Source: an uncultured Candidatus Poseidoniales archaeon (GTDB taxonomy: Archaea; Thermoplasmatota; Poseidoniia; Poseidoniales; Thalassarchaeaceae). From it: a stretch of 64,000 nucleotides of DNA. Below are positions 39,301-47,400 of the stretch, one piece after another (the first letter of the stretch is position 1; the number at the start of each line of letters is the position of its first letter). The DNA lies in the NCBI GenBank assembly GCA_964563355.1, contig CAZLVU010000006.1, positions 18,346 through 82,345 of the forward strand. Direction: 5' to 3'. The translations under genes and the position numbers were made by a program. The notes beneath the pieces are model-generated. The model was not told where the DNA came from and made no database searches. It was given only the letters and a program-made list of their open reading frames with translations.

Positions 39301-42300
39301 CCACAGATGACCGATATCACATTCACTCTTCTGGACGGGACATCAACAGTACCCGACCTCGAAGTTTTCTTCACTCCCGAGAATGAGTCCATACCCGCAG
39401 TCAGAGCATTGTTCGACTCAGAGTCCGGAATTTACAGGGCCGAACTTTCACAAGGAGTGTGGACGCTCAACCACACCCTAGCTGATGACAAGCAGCTGTG
39501 GAAGCGCATTGACGTAGGGACGGAAGACATCACCGATTCATTTGAATTCCAAGTCAGCCAGATTGTTAACGGCACCCTGTACTATTCCCTCGATTCAAAG
39601 GAATTGGCACCGATGCCCCAACAGGCAGTCAGCAATCATCATGTAGTCTTCCAATGGCAGGGTTTCAAACTCTCAACCCCAACAGATTCTCATGGGAATT
39701 TCAGCGTAGTCCTCCCCGTTGACTCAATAATCCATGCTACCGCAGTGGTGTTGTCAGGGGTCGATGGATTCTATTCCAACGGCACTCGTTTCCAAGTTTC
39801 CCCGGGGATGGACGATGTTTCCATATTCTTGGTGGAATCTGCCAGGGTTAATGGCGTTGTGAGCCTCATCAGAGAAGGAAACACATACTCGGACGCATTT
39901 TCTGGATGGGAGCCAGTATTCGTATCTGCACTGAATACCGATGGCACCACCGATGCTTCGTGGAGGCAAGGCGCAAATTCTGAAGGGCTATTCGAGATGG
40001 TTTTGCCCCCAGGGAACTGGACTTTCACTCTCGATGCTGGAGACTTGTCCTCAAATTCAGTTTCAAGGGAAATCAACACCAGCGGCGGATTCGAGTTAGT
40101 CGAGCTTCTTCTATACCCTCAGGACAACAGTACCGTTCTCATCGACTTCTTCATAGATCATGAGGGCGATAACAATGTATCCAATGGGACTCTCGTAACT
40201 AGGCAATTCGAGATAAAGCCAGTATTCTCCAACGGTGCAGGAATTACCGTCGCGGCAGACGGCCCCGAGTGGAATTCAACCGGCAGGGCTGAGATTTCAC
40301 TCGAGCCTGGAATTTACAGGATAGTGGTTGAAAGAGCGAATGCTTCAGCAAACGATCCGTTTGATACCCTTTACGATGTAAACGAACTTTTCCACGTCGG
40401 AATGGATCCAACTACTGTGGAGAGATCACTGGGCTTCGAGCCAGAGTGGCTGCTTAACTTGACCTTTAGGAACGAGAGTGGCAGCCTTCTTACTGACCAC
40501 GAGATCGTGTTAAAAAATTCTGATAATGGGTGGATTCGAACCCTTTTCACCGATGAAAATGGAAGAATTGTGGAGTATTTGGGTGAATCTGATTGGTTGG
40601 TTATTGTTGACGAGTTTGAGACTAGTTCAGGAGTCTACGAGGGGCTGAGGAGACTCATCACGGTTTCACAAGAGACTGCAAACTTGAGAATGAACTTGCA
40701 GACTTCTGAGCTTGCCGAAGTTTCAGTCTTCCTGACGGAAGCGGTCCCCAGCGAAAACGTGGAATTAATGCAGCTCAGGTTCACTTCTCAGGAGGGTTTG
40801 GGAACAATTACCGCACAGGCCTCTGGGTTCCAAGAACCTGTGGAAGTTAGACTTTCACCGGGCAATTGGAATCTGGAGTTGAATCAGACTGATGAAAAGG
40901 GCGTCAGGCTACTAATCGAAAACACGTCTTTGATCGAGACCGGAGTGACTGTTGGGGTCGAGCATAGCGTGTACTTCGCTGTCCAAAGGCTGATCGATCT
41001 GGGGGGGACGGTTTTCTGGGACCTCAACGGCGATGGAGACCCGGGTTTCTCCGAGGGACTCGCTAACGCAACAGTTAGTTTGTCCTCGAAAAATCCCGAT
41101 ACACCACCTTCAGAGGCCCATTACAACCTAACAACTGACTCATCCGGGGAATGGAGCATTTTCCTTCCAGCACTCAGCAACTGGAACGTTTCAGTCCAAA
41201 GGGATGGCTTCGGAACCGTTAACTCATCCATTTCTCTTGGTCTATCTGCCCAAGCTGAGAATACCGAGATAACCGCAGGAGTGGTCGAGGTCTCCGGAAC
41301 CGTTTCCTACATATCCGAAGAATGGATTTTCGATGACGACTGGAGTATAGTATTGATCCCCTCTCACGGGATCGCTAGGGACAGGGTAACCCCTGACATT
41401 GTAGGCAATGAATCCAGTGGGTGGACTGGCGAGTGGACTGCTTCTGTTGAACCCGGTCAGTGGATTGTATACGTTACCGTTTACTCGCCAAATGAGGGAT
41501 ACTACCTTGTGGCCGTAGATATTCTTGATGCTGACGTCGAGGGAGGTTTCGTCGACTCGGTCCTCTCAACTGGCGGAGTGTTGTCCCTAGACACCGAGTG
41601 GCTGGATTATGAGGGTGGCAAACATTCCCTTTCCGAGATAGATGACTACGACCTCAAGATATCCATCGAGGGAGGGACTTCATGGTCAGAGGAACTGGAT
41701 AGCGGTGGGGAATTGCAGTTGCTGTTGCCCGCTGGAAGAGTTGATGCCTCAAGCGAATTCCTGGTAGAACAGCGCGGAAGGAACATGTCCTACAACGGAG
41801 GACAGGGTGTAAACATCAAGACCGGTCAGGATAGTCCCCTGAGTACGTTAAGCCTCGTTCGCGTCTCAAACCAAGACCTAGTAATCGAATCCATCGGCGG
41901 AAGCTCAGTTGAAGTTGAAATTGAACAGGGGTGTTCGGGGAACGACTGCAATTACACTGCTGTCGAGTTTTCCCTGAGGGTGGAGTATAACGGCCACAAT
42001 CCGTTCGATAGCTACGTTGCAACTGGCACGGTACCTGGCATGGACGGTCATCTATGGACAGTCGAGTTCGAAAACAAAAATGGATCGTGGGACGGAACCC
42101 TGGAGACTTCCTTCGAAATGGGTCTCGACAACAATTTGTCGATTGAAGAATTTAGAGTTCGAGTGACCCCGGCAAACAGGAGCCAAGCCCACCATTTTGG
42201 CCTGGGGCACATGATCCTGCTAAAATTCGCGACCGCAGAGGGATACTCGCTCCAGCACGAGATGACCGTCATTATCCCCAAGTTCTCCGGGTTTGAGATT

Positions 42301-43104
42301 TCAGACGAATTCCAGGATTCCCAATACTTCACCCCTGAACAGCGCACTGTCGAGATCGGGATCCCATACTCCAATCTCGGTAACGGGGACGATATTCTCA
42401 CATTCAGTTTCCAAGCCCCAGAGGGCTGGGAATTGAACGGCCCAGAAATGCAACCAGTATCGCCATTCTCAACTGGGATGACCACGATCGTACTATACTA
42501 TGGCGGCGATCAATCCCTCCAACTATCAAACTACACCGTTTTCATGACCGTTTCAGATTCTGAAAACAATTCTTATCCGTACGAATTCTCGCTGTTACGG
42601 GATTCTCCCGATCTTACAATAGTCGGTGACACGATCCAATTACAGGGTGGCGGGAACCCCGTAGTCAGCCAAAAGTCAACCTACGTGGTTGAGGTTGAGA
42701 ATCTGGCACACGTTGATGCTGAAGGAGTAACTCTCGTCGCAACACTTTGCTCCGACATAAAATGCGAAAACCCCGCGGGCGTTACGTCTTCAGTGGTTAG
42801 CGACGTTCCCGCTCAAGGGTCCTCGCAGTACTATGTCTTGATGGATTTCAGCAATTTTTCTACACCGGATAAGTACTTCATTCTGTTTGAGATCCAATTG
42901 CCGGAACCTTCCGAAGACGAACTAGAGGCGTGTGGAACTGAGCAAGCTAGGGGATCTTCCTTCTGTGTAATGGAGGCACAGCTCTGGTCAGAGGCCCAAG
43001 AGGAAGTGATTGGGTGGATGAACTATCTGTTCATATTGATGTTGGGGATTGCCATTTACTTCTTGACCAGCAGACGTACAGGTAGGAAGCCCGCCCCATT
43101 CTGA
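33400..43104 (+). CDS. aglB: Giant oligosaccharyltransferase AglB (STT3 family) fusion, 3234 aa
   Basis: WWDYG motif at 36229-36243 (about residue 944). First-loop GGSDPWYMKR and MSDHDSF acidic motifs are present. The RYFAVDNRLFP region is typical of AglB C-terminal domains. About 345 aa of extra TM helices precede the STT3 core. About 1900 aa of CarboxypepD_reg/Ig-like repeats follow it. The protein ends in a TM helix, WMNYLFILMLGIAIYFL, followed by TSRRTGRK. Confidence 0.85.
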   Translation: MDEMESEKQDVQPIPLPSSLGSPLAITTALTALFLLMCQIDGRQLGDGYLSDSLLLPAAALFSACMGRVSKFVIPLESSGLRVAVLSAILLLVSLAVNTLAPSINDGMLVSTLLLVGIVVAILIESNRNEESNLFFSLIVGLHLSASYAAGLEMIDGAVTPQMIDAERLAIGTSFFSFWLASISLGALVTISIRGALKDLGSGKSMSSVPTVSKNHEVLIYSSLIFGVFLIPLVWIGQMADIEQFSEGSHLGVVWAIFTAAAILIHAFFRAEGWHVLGALLAVNWIIFSIGRLHEIGNEFPGILGEATFIGSVSWFFIWFWLNFFAVMAASRGIFGDVAPKRETSQLRVWWGDNSYPLLVGLAFVTALVVRTAWNVIPAMNASGTGLWDMTGGSDPWYMKRVVDYVLAERSHLIFDHDRAYPIGGVNPRPPLFSWSLALGGLVLSWLLEVAPEEAVWWSMAGLPAIYGALIVLPIAGIATRIHSKNAGIISAWLIALMPGHISRSTFAMSDHDSFAMLFLGISFYYWIRALEELENKKMFESTSSNPLYLIAGIRETWRRNPTAMANATMSGIAFTIMALGWKGFVYGPGILFLAYSVQVAINIFRGRDSMEFTSAALQMMLTCILLPAPFYAWPGLNLLFAPSGMQPMFYIIGFTFAVGWVASSFRDKPWLLVIISGSALFGSILAILYILQAAEIYNGWDILFTGGFYFSKNKIFGTIGEAQAPSRGVLFASYGPVVTLIAIGCGFVLLWRGSRRNRSGLTLLGLWAIIATYMAWTAGRFIINATPAMAVVGGIGISMLWSNANFPGFLKVWRNSGIGTPRTRLRSVWPASKSRPGIPALLLVLLLVTSQHATYGIDSGIPRGEESSYDVDLEIYNIAPDILRERYLPIFNTKSYNPDSSGLWYMGTFGPSFNGQGWNDAYDWLSNQDSDLPFSQRPAFVSWWDYGFQALASGQHPTVADNFQSGIPNSGGMLVSAGQEDTLSMFIATLAQGDRSLNNLELSEEFRSVLSAHMSTEQVAEFENIIKNNDRDFVLNRSMAVVAVYNEVELLHGEVLDDDGIPVVGKVWMVLDDGGQVGESTQNQSEAMALFNQTRSSTSEFEINSPAHYDLGGYRYTNDLIDDYYDISTALHRSNARFGLMRAFLNTAFDMETLVNIYDGITSIEYEGISDYESPSGGTTTRNHEIRYFAVDNRLFPLGGSYYDDYSYHRGQTTGIFHAPTHLSGLDIDTYISTMYQTQRGDGPIIPRTQEQYEQEYLNDVVRQQSGASDASEVIRMIDIDYQHQPEFFETMVARIYVGYGSSTLGLPGEAETPSVWFLPQQTKLTGAPGSYLENAFALPGAMMNHFVISNWYDGSECEFIEMEGTGTGTSSNSTLSNVSLSSWDGVAIGQMITGSDGIIHSDAIISGFNESAQTINMSENSLSSGIVSNLTVIGEKINSLCGSLYDSNRVVKVLKYYSGATIEGTVSLEGVGPVPNARILIERDAFSGDEEPDANGSVVDHDPRTYWIPIGSTQADENGHYSFTVPSGKIRVSAFTGDPDLEAARSSIMSTDVGNSMYELFSEHQEDRVINPITGILGNVYGSTWLSETTVNISAQDGHSNGGVIIEAPIKVQPSSASGIITWSGGLDFNGDPLLDASVILTPVSEDVSIEPYRAETSNGTVSGTGLEFTGIGEVTFTGNGSLLSDGIVTVTDFTGTHTQSISNNHSITGEGQFSGRGILEGSLEELEPAPSCASGEIPEGHEVCVLDGGNFLVDGSVNASGRFTSEGNSVFIRTLSQSTFLGSGIFETDTSANIATYGTLNGTGAFSGSGIFSGPMVEPGTFHISDALPGKYDISLDFDNGTSIEIETKFYVGLVPSATPIQISVSGGGIKGSLSDHSGNPLTSPIHVFPENASYLDAQTECEKTLSSPCFVTPDSDGSFQIGPIVPGTYFAELDADEDGFPEISKTYVFTSEEDIVATFPSEIPQMTDITFTLLDGTSTVPDLEVFFTPENESIPAVRALFDSESGIYRAELSQGVWTLNHTLADDKQLWKRIDVGTEDITDSFEFQVSQIVNGTLYYSLDSKELAPMPQQAVSNHHVVFQWQGFKLSTPTDSHGNFSVVLPVDSIIHATAVVLSGVDGFYSNGTRFQVSPGMDDVSIFLVESARVNGVVSLIREGNTYSDAFSGWEPVFVSALNTDGTTDASWRQGANSEGLFEMVLPPGNWTFTLDAGDLSSNSVSREINTSGGFELVELLLYPQDNSTVLIDFFIDHEGDNNVSNGTLVTRQFEIKPVFSNGAGITVAADGPEWNSTGRAEISLEPGIYRIVVERANASANDPFDTLYDVNELFHVGMDPTTVERSLGFEPEWLLNLTFRNESGSLLTDHEIVLKNSDNGWIRTLFTDENGRIVEYLGESDWLVIVDEFETSSGVYEGLRRLITVSQETANLRMNLQTSELAEVSVFLTEAVPSENVELMQLRFTSQEGLGTITAQASGFQEPVEVRLSPGNWNLELNQTDEKGVRLLIENTSLIETGVTVGVEHSVYFAVQRLIDLGGTVFWDLNGDGDPGFSEGLANATVSLSSKNPDTPPSEAHYNLTTDSSGEWSIFLPALSNWNVSVQRDGFGTVNSSISLGLSAQAENTEITAGVVEVSGTVSYISEEWIFDDDWSIVLIPSHGIARDRVTPDIVGNESSGWTGEWTASVEPGQWIVYVTVYSPNEGYYLVAVDILDADVEGGFVDSVLSTGGVLSLDTEWLDYEGGKHSLSEIDDYDLKISIEGGTSWSEELDSGGELQLLLPAGRVDASSEFLVEQRGRNMSYNGGQGVNIKTGQDSPLSTLSLVRVSNQDLVIESIGGSSVEVEIEQGCSGNDCNYTAVEFSLRVEYNGHNPFDSYVATGTVPGMDGHLWTVEFENKNGSWDGTLETSFEMGLDNNLSIEEFRVRVTPANRSQAHHFGLGHMILLKFATAEGYSLQHEMTVIIPKFSGFEISDEFQDSQYFTPEQRTVEIGIPYSNLGNGDDILTFSFQAPEGWELNGPEMQPVSPFSTGMTTIVLYYGGDQSLQLSNYTVFMTVSDSENNSYPYEFSLLRDSPDLTIVGDTIQLQGGGNPVVSQKSTYVVEVENLAHVDAEGVTLVATLCSDIKCENPAGVTSSVVSDVPAQGSSQYYVLMDFSNFSTPDKYFILFEIQLPEPSEDELEACGTEQARGSSFCVMEAQLWSEAQEEVIGWMNYLFILMLGIAIYFLTSRRTGRKPAPF

Positions 43105-43132
43105 TTGGGGCCTGGCGTCTTGGGGTGTATCG

Positions 43133-44371
43133 ATGAGGGGAATTCAACACCTCGAATTAATGCCCGAACCGGAAGATCCCAGCCTACTCACAGCAGTTGA
43201 CTCAGATGCCCCAGGCTATCCGGGAGAGGTATACGGGGTCTCTGATCGGGAAGCAAGGGAGATGAGGTGGCCAGCAGGCCCGATTATGAAGTTACTTTGG
43301 CCTTGGGGCGCCATCGTGTTCTCTGTTTCAACGGTTGTTATTATTTTGGCATGGAGCACCATAGCCCCCATGTTGGGATATGTTCTCCCTGACTCTGAAT
43401 GGGCATACGAGGACTCTGGAATCAGGGGCCTCCAGGACCTCGGCCTGACTGGGGAAGGTGTCAGGGTTTGCATGGTTGATACCGGTATCGATATCTCACA
43501 CCCAGACCTTTCGACAGTCATGCTATCCGGTTTCAGGGATCTATATTATTCTCAGAATGAAGATGTCAGGGACATTGGTCTTGACAGCCACGGAACCATG
43601 ATGGCGGGTTTGCTAGCAGCCAACGGAACCTATCTGGGAGCAGCACCTGGAATTTCTCTGTCAGTTGCAATAGCACTGGGGCCAGCTGGAAAATCAACTG
43701 ATGAGAGAATGATTTCCCAAGCCATCCGGTGGTGCCGAATCTCTCAGGAAGCAGACATCATTTCGCTTAGCTTGGGAAGTGAGCCAGGCATGGGAATGGG
43801 TATTGAGTCTGAGACTATTGCGGCTGTGATCGAGGCCTTGGATGCGGGAATTTTTGTCATCGCTGCAGCTGGTAACAGTGACATTTCTTTCAACGATTCC
43901 GACGTTTCAACTCCTGCAAGCATAGATCGGGTGATTGCTGTCGGGGCCCATAGCTGGGACAGTAGCGCATGGGAGGACAGCGCAATCGGCTCAAACATAG
44001 ATCCCATTAACGGGGAAAAAAGGCAGTTTCCCAATCAGAAACCCGAGATTTCAGCACCCGGAGTACTCCTTTGGTCATGCACCAATAGCGACAAAAATCC
44101 TCCATATGCATACTCTACGGGGACAAGTGACTCTACAGTACTCGTCACTGGAGCTTTAGCACTAATCCTGGAGGCTCATGGCACCTCAATTTCAGGAACA
44201 GACGAAAAGATTGACTCCGACGAGATGAATCTTGTCAAGGTCGCCTTGGCCAAATCGGCAACCAACTCACCAGACCAGGTGGGGGCTCACGATTCGAAAC
44301 TGGGATACGGGCTTCTGAATGCGGAGGCTTGGTCATCGCAGGTTGCCTTGGAATTTGCTTCCGATGATTAG
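43133..44371 (+). CDS. Membrane-anchored subtilisin-like serine protease (peptidase S8)
   Basis: Asp box VCMVDTGIDISHPDL, His box DSHGTMMAGLLAA, Asn region AAAGNSD, Ser box STGTSDSTVLVTGALAL. N-terminal TM segment AIVFSVSTVVIILAWSTIAPML. Confidence 0.85.
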   Translation: MRGIQHLELMPEPEDPSLLTAVDSDAPGYPGEVYGVSDREAREMRWPAGPIMKLLWPWGAIVFSVSTVVIILAWSTIAPMLGYVLPDSEWAYEDSGIRGLQDLGLTGEGVRVCMVDTGIDISHPDLSTVMLSGFRDLYYSQNEDVRDIGLDSHGTMMAGLLAANGTYLGAAPGISLSVAIALGPAGKSTDERMISQAIRWCRISQEADIISLSLGSEPGMGMGIESETIAAVIEALDAGIFVIAAAGNSDISFNDSDVSTPASIDRVIAVGAHSWDSSAWEDSAIGSNIDPINGEKRQFPNQKPEISAPGVLLWSCTNSDKNPPYAYSTGTSDSTVLVTGALALILEAHGTSISGTDEKIDSDEMNLVKVALAKSATNSPDQVGAHDSKLGYGLLNAEAWSSQVALEFASDD

Positions 44372-44439
44372 ATAATTTCCGGGCCGTGGAATGCCCGATA
44401 GAACCCTACCGTTATATTTGCTGCGATTGACCAAGGGCT

Positions 44440-47400
44440 ATGAGGAGCGCAAGCGAGCTCAGGTCAATCGCTCTCGTGGCCCTGTTCTTGAGTAGCATCA
44501 TCCTGTCATTGACACTCCCAGCAAGGACTGTGGAAGCCTCCAATGAGACGACAGAGGGTACCATTACGGGGACAGAGGTGTGGATGGGAGTCCATACTCT
44601 GACTGGAGACGTCAGTATAGCCCCCGGCGCCAAGCTAATCATCCAACCGGGAGCTACGGTTAACTTCCCCAATGGCACCCATCTCGACGTCCGTGGGAGC
44701 CTTTGCGCTGGCGTCGCCTCCTGTGGGAGTAGCGGCGATGCTGATGCCTCGATGCGAATTTCACTCAGGTGGGAGGAACCTGAAAACTCTAGTGCAACTG
44801 GGGAATGCTACGGACTGTCACATTCAAATCAGGAAATTTGGATAGATGACCCCTCCTGCAGTGAGGGGATCCTAATGAGGAGCACTATCGACCTCTCCCA
44901 AACTGAGATGAGTCATGTGACATTTGACGGGGCATGGGGAGTCCCTCATTACATTTCTATAGTCAGCGAGTTCCGTTATGCAGCCCTAGTACTGGATGGT
45001 GCCAGCCCAACACTGACTGAGCTTGAGTTCACAGACATCAATACAAGCAGCGTCCTGACAACAAACCTAGCTCAACCCACCTTTAACGGGGGAAGCTTCG
45101 TTGTCGGGAATGACGCGAGCCGAAGCATCGTAGGCAGCGCCCTCCAGATTTACGCGTCCGGCTCATCTGTCAGCCCGTTCACCCTGACCGACTTTACTTT
45201 GGATGCCGGGACTAACAATGGGTGTGGAAATCGAGATGGCGGGAGGGCTGCGATTTGGTCGGAGCAATCTTTCATTGTGATAGACAATGCCGAAATCGCC
45301 GCTGGCGATTTCGGGATCGGCCTGAAGACTTCTGCGGGGAGTGTGACCAACTCAGTTGTGAACGTCAATTGCAATGGGATTGACATTAACGGTAAGAAGA
45401 CGGTAGGCTCGACCTACTTTGAGTTCGATATTGAAAATAACCAAATCACAACCGATCAGGGAAGTGGGGTTACCGTATACTACGGCGCTTACGCAACTTT
45501 ATCCAATAACAACATCCAGGGGGCTGCGGGTGGTTCTGGAGTCGGTGTTTATTCTAGCTTCGCAGCCATTCATAACAACCACATCGGCCCAATAGATGGG
45601 TACAACGGCCTTTGGCTTACCGGCTCTTTCGACGTCATCGCTGAGAACAATACTATCATCGGCACCGCTAGGGAGCCGGTGGTGGCTGGCTGGTATTCCC
45701 GTTCAGTCTCATCTGCGTCAAGAGTGCTCCTAGCAAACAATTCAATCACATACGGCGGCGCTGCCACTTGCAGCAGTACCCTATACTGGGGTGGCGATTT
45801 CACCTGTCCTGTGGTTCACGCCTTCCTTACCGGGGTAACGATGTATGACAATGTGGTGACCGCAGGGGGCACCGCTGACGGAATTAGGTCAGTGGGCTCA
45901 CTACTTGACATACAGAGAAACTATTTCGAAGTCCAAGAAACCGGCGCGGTTCTCAGGAACTACGACAGCGGATACTCTTCCTCCCAGCAACATGGGACCC
46001 TAGCCTTCTTCTCCGAGAACGAATGGGTGGGTAACAGAGTTACCTACAACGTCACCAAGAGTTCGGTAACTGCACAGTCTGAGTACATCCCCTCCCCACC
46101 ACCCGGAGAATTCCCTGTGAAGCTCACATGGCCAGATCAGGAGGCTTGGCCAGAGAACAATTTCCAAGGAGCAATCGTACCCACCCCAGTCAGTGACTGC
46201 GCCAGTTGCGATAATATGACACCGCGAAATTTCCCCCTTTCTGTTAGCATGGACAACAACTCAACTGTTTTCACATTCGCCAACCTGTCTAATCTAGATC
46301 TCTCAAAGGTGAAGATCGCCACTCAACCCACCCACTATGCAGTTCAAGTTAGCAGGGCCGAACTGGTACGCTTCCAGACTCTGATTAAGGGGGAGAGGGT
46401 AAGCGATGCACAGGTCTTCATTGAGGATGCTCTTGGGAACGACCTTTACAATATCAAGACAAAATCTGACGGTTTCACACCTTGGATTGCGTTACCGTCA
46501 AACTTCCATCTGGATTTCAGAGGGCTTGGTGGGGGCGACAACCCTGATGGTTTCGCTGATGATGAGTATGAGGATTCATGTTCTGACGGAATTGACAATG
46601 ACGGAGACTTGGCCACGGACACCTCCGATAACGATTGCAACTACACCGCAGGAACTAGGGAGATGTCCCTTTACAGGTACACGGCATACAAGTTCGGCTT
46701 CGGATACTATAGAGGCGAATTCACCCTCGCCGAATCTTCCCTACAAGAAGCCGCCAGTCTGGAAAACCTAGCTCCCTCGGTCAGCATAACTGAGGAAAAT
46801 GGCCACTCATTCCGCAGGATCCTCAATATCACCGGCAGTGCCCACGATGGTCAGCTTGCCAATAGCTATGCAACGGATGAGACGGCACAATGGGACCAAC
46901 GTGGCTACGTCCATTCTATACAAATCAAAGATCCATTCACAAGCACTTGGGAAGATGCAGGCTTAGCAGTTGATGATAGTGGGGCTTCGGCAGGGCACGT
47001 GACTAGGTTCAACCACCCATTCAGCTCTTGGTATTATGAGTTTGACATGAGCAGTCTTGCTGGAGAGGGTGATTACACCTTTGAATTCCGGGCGTTCGAT
47101 GGTATCGACTACAGCCCAATTGTAGCGCGGACATTCAAGCTCAACACCCAGGCTCCGACGGTTTTCGTTTCCTCACCCAGTTCTTTCAGTTCACATGATG
47201 ATGGCTCAGTCGAATTTGTCGGGGCCGCCCAAGATCCTTACGGGTGCCCCTCGGACTGCAACAAGGACATTGGACTGATCTATTTGCAGATCGAGGGGCC
47301 GAACTTCCAAGTCACAACCCCCGTTCAGTCTGGCGCTGGTGGCAACTGGGAATGGACATGGGACTTCAGCGGCCAACCTAGGGAGCTTGCCACCTATACC

